Origin: Candidatus Culexmicrobium thermophilum
GTDB taxonomy: Archaea; Thermoproteota; Methanomethylicia; Culexarchaeales; B10-G16
Direction of reading: 5' to 3'
Assembly: GCA_025061095.1 (NCBI GenBank)
Contig: JANZKB010000002.1
Span: 1-45,829 of the forward strand
Length of the DNA stretch: 45,829 bases
Under the pieces are notes generated by a model that did not search any database, had not been told where the DNA came from, and saw nothing but the letters and a program-made list of their open reading frames with translations. Positions 9,233-19,083 of the stretch are shown here, in pieces; positions within the stretch are counted from its first letter, which is position 1, and each line of letters begins with the position of its first letter. A program made the position numbers and the translations under genes.

Positions 9233-10958
9233 AACTTTTCCCCCTGAAGTTGCCACTGCTATTAGGAAGCATGCTCTTCTAAATGCATACAGACATAGAG
9301 GTGAAGCCAAGGTTAGCCCTGTTCTGTCAAAAGTTCTCTTTGAACTTCCAGCTTTCAAATCCAGAGTTAAAGAACTTCTCCCATTAGTTAAGGAGATCGT
9401 CGAGGAGGTTAACTCTTTAAGCATGGAGGAGCAATATAATATTTTAAGCTCTAATTGGCCTGAGCTCTTAGAGGTTGAGAGGAAACAGGAGGTTAAAGGG
9501 CTTCCTCCACTTCCAAACGTCGATAAATTTGAGATGGTTAGAACGAGATTTGCACCTAACCCCGACGCTCCCCTTCACCTTGGAAGCGCTAGACCCATAA
9601 TTTTATGCTATGAATATGCAAAGATGTATAATGGACATTTCATATTGCGTTTCGAAGATACTGATCCCAAAACTAAGAGGCCTCTTCCATATGTTTATGA
9701 TTGGATTAGAGAGGATATTCTATGGCTCGGCGCCAAGTGGGATGAAGAATATATTCAATCGGATAGGATTCCCATCTACTATAATCATATAAAGCGTCTA
9801 TTTGAGCTTGGTGGAGCCTATGTCTGCACCTGTAGCCGTGAAAAATTTAGAAAATATAAGATGGCTGGAACTCCATGTCCATGTAGATCTAGAACTGTTG
9901 AAGAGAATTTAGAGCTCTGGGAGAAAATGGTTGAAGGTTTAATGGTTGAAGGTTCCGCTGTGGTTAGGGTTAAAACAGATATGTCGCATCCCAATCCAGC
10001 TATCAGAGACTGGGTTGCTTTCAGAATAATCGATGTTGAAAAGTGGCCTCATCCAAGAGTTGGAGATAAGTTTTGGGTTTGGCCCACATATAACTTTGCT
10101 TGTGCAATAGATGACCATGAACTGAAAATTTCACATATTTTAAGGGGTAAGGAACATATGAGCAACACGGTTAAACAGAAATATATTTATCAATACTTTG
10201 GCTGGAGCTTTCCTGAAGCAATCCATTTCGGCAGGTTGAAGTTGAAGGGATGGGTTCTAAGTAAATCGAAAATTGCTGATGGTATTAGACGCGGCCTATT
10301 TAAATCTTGGGATGATCCTCGACTAGGCACTCTTCGCGCTTTAAGGAGGAGAGGTTTTCTACCTGAAGCTATAAGGGAGATAATTATCCAAGTAGGTGTA
10401 AAACCTATAGAATCTTCTATTTCTCTTGAAAATCTCTACTCTATTAATAGAAGTTTAATCGAACCGTTAGCCAGTAGATATTCATTCATAAGTGATCCAG
10501 TTAAACTTAAAATTACCGGATTGAAGAAAACCGTTACAGCTAGAATTCCTTTACATCCAAGTTTTCCTGAAAAAGGGTTCAGAGAGATACATTTAAAACC
10601 TGAGGCTAATTCAATTTTAGTCTACATTTCAGGTTCAGATGCAAGTTCAATGAAGATTGGCGAAACATATAGGCTTATGGGCTTTCTCAACTTTAAAGTT
10701 GAAAGTTTAAATGATGAGGTTAAGGGCAGTTTTCAAGGCTTCACACTATCACCTAAAATTAGGATCATCCATTGGCTTCCATTGGATCGCATTGTCAAGG
10801 CAAGAATAATTATGCCCGACGCCTCAATTGTTGAAGGCTTCTGTGATTATGACTGTAAGAGGCTGAAGATTGATGATAAAGTTCAATTCATCAGGTTTGG
10901 ATATGTTAGAGTTGACGATGTCAATGAACCCTTAACCTTTTATTATACGCATCCATAG
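9225..10958 (+). CDS. gltX: Glutamate--tRNA ligase (archaeal type)
   Basis: RFAPNP..PLHLG (HIGH-like), LRFEDTDP, CxC/CxC zinc ligands, LRGKEH, LSKSK (KMSKS-like), WDDPRL.T, QF.RFGY. Confidence 0.97.
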   Translation: MNKTFPPEVATAIRKHALLNAYRHRGEAKVSPVLSKVLFELPAFKSRVKELLPLVKEIVEEVNSLSMEEQYNILSSNWPELLEVERKQEVKGLPPLPNVDKFEMVRTRFAPNPDAPLHLGSARPIILCYEYAKMYNGHFILRFEDTDPKTKRPLPYVYDWIREDILWLGAKWDEEYIQSDRIPIYYNHIKRLFELGGAYVCTCSREKFRKYKMAGTPCPCRSRTVEENLELWEKMVEGLMVEGSAVVRVKTDMSHPNPAIRDWVAFRIIDVEKWPHPRVGDKFWVWPTYNFACAIDDHELKISHILRGKEHMSNTVKQKYIYQYFGWSFPEAIHFGRLKLKGWVLSKSKIADGIRRGLFKSWDDPRLGTLRALRRRGFLPEAIREIIIQVGVKPIESSISLENLYSINRSLIEPLASRYSFISDPVKLKITGLKKTVTARIPLHPSFPEKGFREIHLKPEANSILVYISGSDASSMKIGETYRLMGFLNFKVESLNDEVKGSFQGFTLSPKIRIIHWLPLDRIVKARIIMPDASIVEGFCDYDCKRLKIDDKVQFIRFGYVRVDDVNEPLTFYYTHP

Positions 10959-10960
10959 TC

Positions 10961-10974
10961 GGAAAATTTAAAAA
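10961..10974 (+). promoter_or_regulatory. BRE/TATA promoter of the L7Ae operon
   Basis: GGAAAA-TTTAAAAA, about 53 nt upstream of the L7Ae ATG. Confidence 0.6.
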
Positions 10975-10995
10975 TATGAATTCTCATTTTATGTT

Positions 10996-11030
10996 GCATG
11001 ATTCGATGAATTTAGAGGTGAGATGAATGT
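10996..11030 (+). promoter_or_regulatory. Putative K-turn in the l7ae 5' UTR (autoregulatory L7Ae-binding site)
   Basis: GAU bulge at 11005-7; sheared G11008-A11021 and A11009-G11020 pairs; flanking stems cover the GAGGUGA RBS and the AUG. Confidence 0.6.
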
Positions 11031-11437
11031 CTAAACCTTTCTATGTTAGGTTTGAAGTTCCCTCAGAACTTGCTGAGAAAAGTTGTGAAGCCTTACAGAT
11101 TGCAAGGGATACTGGCAAGATTAGAAAGGGAACTAATGAAACCACGAAGGCTGTGGAGAGGGGATTAGCAAAACTAGTCTTAATAGCTGAGGATGTGGAC
11201 CCACCTGAAATAGTGGCCCATCTACCATTACTCTGCGATGAAAGAAAGATTCCATATGTCTATGTTCCAAGCAAGGTGACTTTAGGCCGTTCTGCTGGAA
11301 TAGATGTTGCAGCAGCCTCTGCATGTATAGTTGATCCCGGCGATGCTGCCCAACTGATTGAAGAGATAGTTAATGAAGTGAATAAGATTAGAGCTGGAGG
11401 CGTGGAAAAACCTTCAAGCAGGAAGGAAAAGAAGTAA
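11027..11437 (+). CDS. rpl7ae: 50S ribosomal protein L7Ae
   Basis: [39 protein letters not shown]. Confidence 0.98.
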   Translation: MSKPFYVRFEVPSELAEKSCEALQIARDTGKIRKGTNETTKAVERGLAKLVLIAEDVDPPEIVAHLPLLCDERKIPYVYVPSKVTLGRSAGIDVAAASACIVDPGDAAQLIEEIVNEVNKIRAGGVEKPSSRKEKK

Positions 11438-11446
11438 ATTCAGTAA

Positions 11447-11707
<261 letters not shown>

Positions 11708-11721
11708 TGGGGGATTAAAGG

Positions 11722-11919
11722 TTGAGTTTACGGGTTAAACGCTGCAGTTTCTGCGGTTCAATCATACCGAAAGGTTTAGGTTTAATTTACGTTAAGAGTG
11801 ATGGCTCAATTCTCTACTTCTGTTCAAGTAAATGTAAGAAGAGTATGTTGAAACTTCGCCGTAAACCCCATAAGGTTAGATGGGTTAGAAAGCTTCATAA
11901 ATCTAAAGCTTCCAAATAA
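11722..11919 (+). CDS. rpl24e: 50S ribosomal protein L24e
   Basis: CSFCG..I..G.G..YV..DG....FCSSKC, R.P.K..W. Confidence 0.96.
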   Translation: MSLRVKRCSFCGSIIPKGLGLIYVKSDGSILYFCSSKCKKSMLKLRRKPHKVRWVRKLHKSKASK

Positions 11920-11967
11920 CAGTATAATTTAAAAATTTTAGTTTATTATTTCATCTACGGGTTTTAA

Positions 11968-12417
11968 ATGAAAGTTGAGCGGACTTTCCTAATGGTTAAA
12001 CCTGATGGAGTTGCTAGGGGACTTATAGGTGAAGTTCTCTCAAGAATTGAGAGGAAAGGTTTGAAGATCGCTGCATTGAAGATGATTCGGGTTTCAAGGG
12101 ATGCTGCTGAAAAACTCTATGCTGTTCATAGAGGTAAACCATTCTTCGAAAAGCTCATAGACCATGTAACTTCAGGACCTGTTGTCGTGGCGGTTGTGGA
12201 GGGTAGAAATGCTGTGGAAGCTGTCAGAACATTGATCGGTGATACCTGTTCATATAAGGCTAAGCCTGGAAGTATTAGAGGAGATTTTGGATTGGATGTT
12301 ACAATGAATATTGTCCATGCAGCCGACTCTGAGGCGGTTGCTGGAAGAGAGTTAAGCATCTTCTTCAACGATGATGAAATATTCAATTATTCTCGTGGAT
12401 GTGAACGTTGGATATAA
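11968..12417 (+). CDS. ndk: Nucleoside-diphosphate kinase
   Basis: ERT..MVKPDGV.RGLIGE, SGPVV, PGSIRGDF, N.VHAADS. Confidence 0.97.
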   Translation: MKVERTFLMVKPDGVARGLIGEVLSRIERKGLKIAALKMIRVSRDAAEKLYAVHRGKPFFEKLIDHVTSGPVVVAVVEGRNAVEAVRTLIGDTCSYKAKPGSIRGDFGLDVTMNIVHAADSEAVAGRELSIFFNDDEIFNYSRGCERWI

Positions 12418-12478
12418 TTGCAGGAAACTTTTTTACATAATTTTACATCTAATATTTTGGCTTCTCGGAGGGTTACAT

Positions 12479-14269
12479 TTGTCTAGAGATGAGCGAATAA
12501 GGCAGCCTATAGTATGCGTTTTAGGCCATGTAGATGTAGGTAAAACTGCACTTCTAGATAGAATTAGAGGAACAGCTGTCCTTTTAAGGGAACCTGGCAC
12601 TATGACTCAACATATAGGTGCAAGTTTTATTCCTTGGAATGTTTTAAGAAATATTTGCGGCCCCCTTCTCAAATCCATTAAGGGTAATATTCAAATTCCA
12701 GGCCTTCTCTTCATAGATACTCCTGGACATGAAGCCTTCGTGAATTTGAGAAGGAGAGGTGGATCAATAGCCGACATAGCCATATTGGTTATCGATATTA
12801 CTGAAGGCTTTGAAAATCAAACCTACGAAGCCGTTGAGATTTTAAGGTCTAGGAGAACTCCATTTCTAGTGGCTGCAAACAAGATTGATCGAATTCCAGG
12901 TTGGAAGCCTATTGAAAATGCTTCATTTCTTGAAAGCCTTAAAAGACAGAGCAGCCTCGTGGTTAGAAGGCTCAACGAACTCATCCAAAACATAATCTAT
13001 GAATTTTACAAGTTCGGCTTCTCCTCCGACAGGTTTGATAGAATTAAAGATTTCTCAAAAACCGTCGCCATAGTTCCCACAAGCGCCAAAACTGGTGAAG
13101 GTCTCCCGGAACTTTTAATGGTTTTAGCAGGCTTAACCCAGAGATTTATGGCTGAAAGGTTAAGGTTCACTTCAGGTCCAGCTAAAGGCGTAGTTTTAGA
13201 GGTTAGAGAGGAACCTGGACTCGGCTTAACGTTGGATGTGATAATATATGATGGTGTGATTAGACGCGGCGATCTCATAGTTGTAGGAGGATTGGAAAAG
13301 CCCATTGTCAGCAGGGTTAGAGCTCTACTTTTACCTAAACCCTTAGATGAAATGCGTTCACCTGAAGATAAATTTATGAATGTAGGTGAGGTTTCAGCTG
13401 CAGCGGGAGTCAAAATTGTCGCTCCAAATCTTGAGGGTGCTGTAGCTGGAGCACCCATCCAAGTTGTAGACGACTACAGTAAGATCGAAACCATCATGAA
13501 ATCCATTTCGGAGGAGGTTTCATCTCTAAGGCTTTCAAGGAAGATTTCAGGCATAATACTTAAAACGGATACGTTAGGTTCTCTTGAAGCCCTAGTGGAT
13601 TATCTTGAAAGGCTTAAGATTCCTGTCAGATTTGCCGATGTAGGTCCAGTTTCAAAGAGAGATGTTTTGGAGGCTTCCATAGTCAGAGAGTCCGATCCAT
13701 ATAGAGGAGTAATCTTAGCATTTAATGTTAAAATTCTTCCAGATGCATTGGAGATGGCTGAAAGATTAGGCATTAAAGTGTTCAGTGATGCCATAATTTA
13801 TCGGCTTATCGAAGCATATCAGAAATGGTATGAAGAATCCGTTAGAAGAGAACGGGAAGTGAAGTTTGCTTCTCTCATTAAACCTGGAAAGATAAGAATT
13901 CTTCCCGGATATATTTTTAGGAGGAGTGATCCGGCAATAGTTGGAGTCGAAGTTTTGGCCGGAAGAATCATGTCCGGATACAAGTTGATAAGATCTGATG
14001 GGAGATTTGTTGGAGAGATCATGCAAATCCAAGATAAAGGCGTCAATATTGGCGAGGCCTTTAAAGGGCAAAATGTTGCAGTATCCATTAAAGGAAACAT
14101 AATGGTGGGAAGACATATAAAGGAGGGTGATATTCTCTACGTAAATGTGCCTGAAGAACATGTTAGCGTGCTGCTTAGGGAGTTTAAAGACTCCCTCTCA
14201 GAGGATGAGATTATATTATTAAAGGAGCTTTCGCAAATTAGGAGGGGGAGGAGAATTCAACATGCCTGA
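12479..14269 (+). CDS. infB: Translation initiation factor IF-2 / aIF5B
   Basis: RQPIV.VLGHVD.GKT, TQHIGA, DTPGHEAF, NKID, DTLGSLEAL. TTG 12479 follows GGAGGG and is preferred over 12371. No intein-sized insert. Confidence 0.96.
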   Translation: MSRDERIRQPIVCVLGHVDVGKTALLDRIRGTAVLLREPGTMTQHIGASFIPWNVLRNICGPLLKSIKGNIQIPGLLFIDTPGHEAFVNLRRRGGSIADIAILVIDITEGFENQTYEAVEILRSRRTPFLVAANKIDRIPGWKPIENASFLESLKRQSSLVVRRLNELIQNIIYEFYKFGFSSDRFDRIKDFSKTVAIVPTSAKTGEGLPELLMVLAGLTQRFMAERLRFTSGPAKGVVLEVREEPGLGLTLDVIIYDGVIRRGDLIVVGGLEKPIVSRVRALLLPKPLDEMRSPEDKFMNVGEVSAAAGVKIVAPNLEGAVAGAPIQVVDDYSKIETIMKSISEEVSSLRLSRKISGIILKTDTLGSLEALVDYLERLKIPVRFADVGPVSKRDVLEASIVRESDPYRGVILAFNVKILPDALEMAERLGIKVFSDAIIYRLIEAYQKWYEESVRREREVKFASLIKPGKIRILPGYIFRRSDPAIVGVEVLAGRIMSGYKLIRSDGRFVGEIMQIQDKGVNIGEAFKGQNVAVSIKGNIMVGRHIKEGDILYVNVPEEHVSVLLREFKDSLSEDEIILLKELSQIRRGRRIQHA

Positions 14270-14648
14270 ATTCAGATTGGTGGTTAGCGATCCGAAATCC
14301 GGTATGGCTAAAAGGATCGTAGTCAAAGATCCAGCATCCTATAGTCTGATAGGTTTAAGGATCGGTGAAATAGTCGACGGATCCATCATAGGCCTTGAAA
14401 ACGTTAAGCTTAAAATCACTGGAGGTTCAGATCTAGCAGGCTTCCCTATGGTTCCATATCTACCTGGCGGAAGAAAATATAGGCTTCTACTCTCCGGGAA
14501 ACCTGGATTCAAACCCAGAGAGAAGGGTTTGAGGAAACGTGTGATGGTTAGAGGTAACACTATAACAGAGGATATAGTTCAAGTTAACATGGTGGTTGTG
14601 GAGGGGGATTTGAAGTTTGAGTCTGGAGAGGGAGAAGAGAAAAACTGA
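14262..14648 (+). CDS. rps6e: 30S ribosomal protein S6e
   Basis: VVSDP..G, LKITGGSD..GFPM, G.R.R..VRGN.I. Confidence 0.96.
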   Translation: MPEFRLVVSDPKSGMAKRIVVKDPASYSLIGLRIGEIVDGSIIGLENVKLKITGGSDLAGFPMVPYLPGGRKYRLLLSGKPGFKPREKGLRKRVMVRGNTITEDIVQVNMVVVEGDLKFESGEGEEKN

Positions 14649-15888
14649 ATCTGTGGAGGAGTATAGGCAGCCGGAATGCAATATCGGCACTGCTGGCCAT
14701 GTAGATCACGGCAAGACAACTCTTGTTCAAGCCTTAACCGGCATATGGGCTGCAAGACACAGCGAAGAGCTTAAAAGAGGTTTAACCCTCAAGCTTGGCT
14801 ATGCTGATGCGGCTATCAGAAAATGCCCTAAATGTCCTCCTCCACAATGCTATACAACTGATTCTGTCTGCAAGTTTTGCGGGTCGAAAACCGAACTTTT
14901 AAGAAGAGTTTCCTTTGTCGATTGCCCTGGACATGAAATGTTAATGGCCACCATGCTTTCAGGAGCAACTCTAATGGATGGAGCGCTTCTAGTCATCGAT
15001 GCAACTCAACGTTGTCCTCAACCTCAAACCAGGGAACATTTGATTGCATTAGAGATCATAGGCGTTAAAAATATAGTTATAGTTCAAAATAAGGTTGAAG
15101 TTTCATCTCGAGAAAGAGTTATCGAAAACTATAAGGAGGTTTTAAGCTTCGTTAAAGGAACAGTTGCTGAGGGAGCTCCGATAATTCCCATTTCAGCGCT
15201 ACATAAAGTGAATATTGATATTCTGCTCCAGGCAATCGAAGAATATATTCCAACCCCTAAGAGAGATGAATCTAAACCTGCAAGAATGTATGTGGCAAGA
15301 TCTTTCGATATAAATAAGCCGGGAACTTCTCCAAAGGATCTTAAAGGAGGTGTTCTTGGAGGTTCAATAATTCAGGGTAAAATTTCTCTTGGCGATGAGA
15401 TCGAAATAAGACCGGGCTTCCGCGTGGAGAGAATGGGAAAAGTGGAATATCAGCCATTGTTCAGCAAGGTTGTAAGCTTGAAGGCTGGCAACTTCCCAGT
15501 GAAGGTAGCTAAGCCGGGAGGCTTAGTCGGTGTAGGTACACTTCTCGATCCATCTTTAACTAAGGCTGATGCTCTCGTTGGAAATGTGGTTGGACATCCA
15601 GATACCCTTCCTCCTCTCTGGTATGATTTTAGCTTTGAATTTCACCTTTTAGAGTGGGTTGTCGGCTTAAAGGAACCTCAAAGAGTTACTCCTTTAAGGC
15701 TTAAAGAACCTTTAATGATCAATGTGGGAACTGCAACTACTCTTGGTTTTGTCGACTCCCTTTCTAGGGGTGAAGCCCACGTCTCCCTTAGAAGACCTGT
15801 ATGTGCAGAGGTGAATGCAAGAATTGCTATTAGCAGGAGGATTGGAGGTAGATGGCGGCTAATAGGTTACGGTTTTATTAGAGGGTGA
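14617..15888 (+). CDS. eif2g: Translation initiation factor 2 subunit gamma (aIF2-gamma)
   Basis: QPE.NIG.AGHVDHGKTTL, SEE.KRG.T.KLGYA, zinc knuckle, D.PGHE.LMATMLSGA, RWRLIG.G. True start may be GTG 14653. Confidence 0.97.
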   Translation: MSLEREKRKTESVEEYRQPECNIGTAGHVDHGKTTLVQALTGIWAARHSEELKRGLTLKLGYADAAIRKCPKCPPPQCYTTDSVCKFCGSKTELLRRVSFVDCPGHEMLMATMLSGATLMDGALLVIDATQRCPQPQTREHLIALEIIGVKNIVIVQNKVEVSSRERVIENYKEVLSFVKGTVAEGAPIIPISALHKVNIDILLQAIEEYIPTPKRDESKPARMYVARSFDINKPGTSPKDLKGGVLGGSIIQGKISLGDEIEIRPGFRVERMGKVEYQPLFSKVVSLKAGNFPVKVAKPGGLVGVGTLLDPSLTKADALVGNVVGHPDTLPPLWYDFSFEFHLLEWVVGLKEPQRVTPLRLKEPLMINVGTATTLGFVDSLSRGEAHVSLRRPVCAEVNARIAISRRIGGRWRLIGYGFIRG

Positions 15889-15892
15889 AACT

Positions 15893-16300
15893 TTGTTTAA
15901 AGAAAAGTTGAACATAATTTTGGATAGTAGTATAGTATTGCTCTCTGTTGAGAAAAGGTTTGATTTATTCGATGAAATTGGAAGAGTCCTAAATAGATCA
16001 TATAACTGTATAGTTCTCACCCAGGTTTTCGACGAGATTAAACATCTTGCTGAACAGGGAAATGTAAGGGAGAGAAGGCTTGGAAGATTGGCTTTAGAGC
16101 TTATTAGGAGATGTAGATTTGTCGAATATGAGTTTCCTGGAGATGCCGATCAAGCTATAATTGATTATGCTAGAAAGAATAAAGTTGTAGTGGCTACTAA
16201 CGATCTACAGTTGCGGAGATGTCTTAGAAGGGTAGGAGTTCCCGTCATTTATGTTAGGGGATTTGATCATTTAGATATTGATGGTGATATATATTGGTAA
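15893..16300 (+). CDS. PIN-domain protein (Fcf1/Utp24-like)
   Basis: IILDS, V.DE, DAD..I and VATND..L acidic tetrad; conserved position between aIF2g and rpoE1. Confidence 0.85.
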   Translation: MFKEKLNIILDSSIVLLSVEKRFDLFDEIGRVLNRSYNCIVLTQVFDEIKHLAEQGNVRERRLGRLALELIRRCRFVEYEFPGDADQAIIDYARKNKVVVATNDLQLRRCLRRVGVPVIYVRGFDHLDIDGDIYW

Positions 16301-16378
16301 ATGATTTCTACGATAACTTTTTATTGTTATTAGAGGGATTTCATCCAGCTCTATTATGCATTTAATGGAGGTTTATCC

Positions 16379-16936
16379 ATGTATTATGTTGCAAAGGTTG
16401 AAGATGTTGTTAGAATACCTCCTGAAAGATTCGGTGAACCGTTGGAAACTGTTGCCTCAGAACTGGTTAGATCCAAATATGAAGGGTTGATATTTCCTGA
16501 ACTTGGAATCATAGTTGCAGTTTCAAATGTTAAAGTTTCCGAGGTGGGCCGAATAGTTCCCGGAGATGGAGCTACATATCATGATGTGGTTTTCGATGCT
16601 CTCGCCTTCCTTCCAGTAATACAGGAGGTAGTGGAGGGGGAGATCGTTGAGATAACGGATTTCGGCGCATTTATGAGGCTTGGCCCAATAGATGGTCTCA
16701 TCCATGTTTCCCAAGTTATGGATGACTATCTCGTCTACGATAAGAGGCGAGGTGCTTTAATGGGTAGAGAGTCTAACAGAATCCTTCAGGAAGGGGATTT
16801 AGTTAGGGCAAGAATTGTAACTGTCAGTCTGTCCTCTAGAGGTGTAAAGGTCGGTTTAACTATGCGTCAACCCTTCCTCGGCGCGCTCAGCTGGATAGAG
16901 GAGGATTTAAAGAAGATGGAGGAGAAGGTGAAATAG
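16379..16936 (+). CDS. rpoE1: DNA-directed RNA polymerase subunit E' (Rpo7)
   Basis: VRIPP..FG, G...PGDG..Y, S1 domain FGAF...GP.DGL.H.SQ, LTMRQP.LG. Confidence 0.97.
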   Translation: MYYVAKVEDVVRIPPERFGEPLETVASELVRSKYEGLIFPELGIIVAVSNVKVSEVGRIVPGDGATYHDVVFDALAFLPVIQEVVEGEIVEITDFGAFMRLGPIDGLIHVSQVMDDYLVYDKRRGALMGRESNRILQEGDLVRARIVTVSLSSRGVKVGLTMRQPFLGALSWIEEDLKKMEEKVK

Positions 16937-16937
16937 C

Positions 16938-17141
16938 TTGTCTAGAAGAGGATTACCCTTCAAAGCTTGTAGAAACTGTCATCTACTCGTGGAGGAGGAT
17001 GTGAAGATCTGTCCTCAATGCGGATCAAAAGATTTCTCTGATGATTGGAGAGGCCTAGTCATACTTTTAAATATCAACTGTGAGACAGGTAGAATTATGG
17101 GTAAAAAGGAAGCTGGAAAATATGCAATTGAAGTTCACTGA
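16938..17141 (+). CDS. spt4: Transcription elongation factor Spt4 (RpoE'')
   Basis: KAC..C, CP.CGS..FS..W.G..I, G.YA..V. Confidence 0.95.
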   Translation: MSRRGLPFKACRNCHLLVEEDVKICPQCGSKDFSDDWRGLVILLNINCETGRIMGKKEAGKYAIEVH

Positions 17142-17694
17142 GCATGGTTTTCCTGTTAAAAAGCTGATTTTGGATAGGCGTTTCATAAAGGAGTTTAGGA
17201 ATCCTCCAGGCCTTCTTCTAAAAGGCAGGTTAACGGAAATTCTCAAAGCTTTTTCTAAAATTTTAGATGAAGTTAACCCAGTTAAATTGATCTCTGTAGG
17301 TGACTATGTAACCTCCTTTTTGCTGAATTACAATTTCAATTTAAATTTGGCAGTTGTGGATTTCAAAGTTGAACGTGAAAGCTACCGATATTCTATTCCC
17401 CAAAATTATTTTAAAAACATCTTTAAGATTTATAATCCTCCTGGAAGCATATCTTCCGATTCCTGGCTGACCATTCAATATGCCATGGCATTGAATGATG
17501 CCTCAATAATTTTGGTGGAAGGAGAGGAGGATCTATTGGCGCTTCCCTGCGTTTTATGTGCTCCCCTCAACTCCATCGTAGTATTTGGAGTTCCAGGAGA
17601 GGGTATGATGATAGTTCGAGTTGATGCTGCTGCAAGAAAGGTTGGTTTCAGAATGCTCACATTCTTCTCTCCCCACTTCACAATTTCTGAATAA
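17122..17694 (+). CDS. DUF359 family GTP-dependent dephospho-CoA kinase
   Basis: SVGD.VT, VVD.K..R, NPPG.I, V.GEEDLLALP, G.P.EG. Start moved to ATG 17122. Confidence 0.88.
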   Translation: MQLKFTEHGFPVKKLILDRRFIKEFRNPPGLLLKGRLTEILKAFSKILDEVNPVKLISVGDYVTSFLLNYNFNLNLAVVDFKVERESYRYSIPQNYFKNIFKIYNPPGSISSDSWLTIQYAMALNDASIILVEGEEDLLALPCVLCAPLNSIVVFGVPGEGMMIVRVDAAARKVGFRMLTFFSPHFTISE

Positions 17695-17760
17695 GTTTAA
17701 CATATGTTGAGCGGTAAGTTAATTATGCCGATTTTATCTTTATGATTTGCGTGGTGGTAA

Positions 17761-18069
17761 ATGATGAGTGAGGCTTTAACCGTCGAAGTTATCGGTAAAA
17801 AGAGGAATGACCTTTTAGATCGGCTTGAAATCGATGTAGTCATACATCACATGAAGGAGGGTACACCCTCCAGGTTGAAGTTGAGAGAGATCATAGCTTC
17901 CCAATTGAAGGTTCCTGTAGACTGTGTAATTGTGAGGAGGATATTATCTGAGTATGGACTCTCCACCAGTAAGGCCCGTATCCACGTTTATTCCTCTAAG
18001 GAGAGAGCCTTATCCATTGAACCTGAATATATAATTAAGAGGAATTTTGCCTCTGAAGAGAAAGAATAA
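17761..18069 (+). CDS. rps24e: 30S ribosomal protein S24e
   Basis: N.LL.R.E, TPSR, ..YG...S, Y.S.E.A...EP.YI..RN. Confidence 0.94.
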   Translation: MMSEALTVEVIGKKRNDLLDRLEIDVVIHHMKEGTPSRLKLREIIASQLKVPVDCVIVRRILSEYGLSTSKARIHVYSSKERALSIEPEYIIKRNFASEEKE

Positions 18070-18087
18070 TCTTGAGGTTTCAATGGA

Positions 18088-19083
18088 ATGATTGTTCTTG
18101 GAATTGAGTGCACCGCCCACACTTTTGGATGCGGAATCGTGGATTCGGATGGCCATGTTTTGGCAAATGTAAACTCAGAATATGTTCCAATTACAGGTGG
18201 TATCCATCCACGTGAAGCTGCACGCCACCATTCCTCTATTGCACCTAAAGTCTTGGCTGAAGCATTCAAGAAGAGCGATATTTCAATGGACGATGTAGAT
18301 GGTATAGCTGTCTCACTTGGTCCAGGGTTAGGTCCCTGTTTGAGAACTGGAGCTACAGTTGCAAGGGCTTTGGCCGCCTATTATGATAAGCCCCTTATAC
18401 CCGTCAATCATTGTGTAGCCCATATTGAGATCGCCAAGATGATCTGCAAATCTCTAGATCCACTTGTAGTCTATATCTCCGGCGGCAACACTATAGTTGC
18501 AGCCTTCTCCTCCGGCCGATATAGAATATTCGGCGAAACCTTAGATATAGCTTTAGGTAACTGTTTAGATGTCTTTGCAAGGGAAGCCGGTTTATCTCAT
18601 CCCGGCGGTCCACATATAGAGCGTTTAGCTTTGAAAGGCAACAGATATATTCAACTACCATATGTGGTTAAAGGTCAAGATGTTTCATTTTCAGGTCTTC
18701 TAACTGCTGCTATAAGAAGATTAAAGGAAGGGTATAGATTGGAGGATTTATGTTTCAGCCTTCAGGAAACTGCTTTCTCCATGATATGCGAGGTAGCTGA
18801 GAGAGCTCTATCACATACTATGAAACATGAACTTCTCTTAACTGGCGGTGTAGCTGCAAATAAGCGGCTTAGAAGCATGCTCTCCAAGGTGGCTGAACTT
18901 CACGAAGCAACTTTCAAACCTGTACCACTACAATATGCTAGAGATAATGGAGCGATGATTGCTTGGACTGGAATTCTCGGACTTCAATTTGGATTGATCT
19001 TAAATGTGGAGAAGAGTTATGTTCGTCCTAGATGGCGTTTAGACTCTGTGGATATTCCCTGGTTTAGAGAGGGTTTCCCTTGA
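18088..19083 (+). CDS. kae1: KEOPS t6A synthase Kae1
   Basis: LGIE.TAHT.G, GGIHPREAA.HH, GPGLGP.LR, NHC.AH.E, SGGNT, GET.DI, GGVAAN, DNGAMIA. Confidence 0.97.
   Translation: MIVLGIECTAHTFGCGIVDSDGHVLANVNSEYVPITGGIHPREAARHHSSIAPKVLAEAFKKSDISMDDVDGIAVSLGPGLGPCLRTGATVARALAAYYDKPLIPVNHCVAHIEIAKMICKSLDPLVVYISGGNTIVAAFSSGRYRIFGETLDIALGNCLDVFAREAGLSHPGGPHIERLALKGNRYIQLPYVVKGQDVSFSGLLTAAIRRLKEGYRLEDLCFSLQETAFSMICEVAERALSHTMKHELLLTGGVAANKRLRSMLSKVAELHEATFKPVPLQYARDNGAMIAWTGILGLQFGLILNVEKSYVRPRWRLDSVDIPWFREGFP

Noticed and set aside
12371..12478. Hydrophobic N-terminal extension on aIF5B in the ORF track
   Set aside because: Artefact of taking the most upstream start. It overlaps ndk and promoter DNA; TTG 12479 has the RBS.
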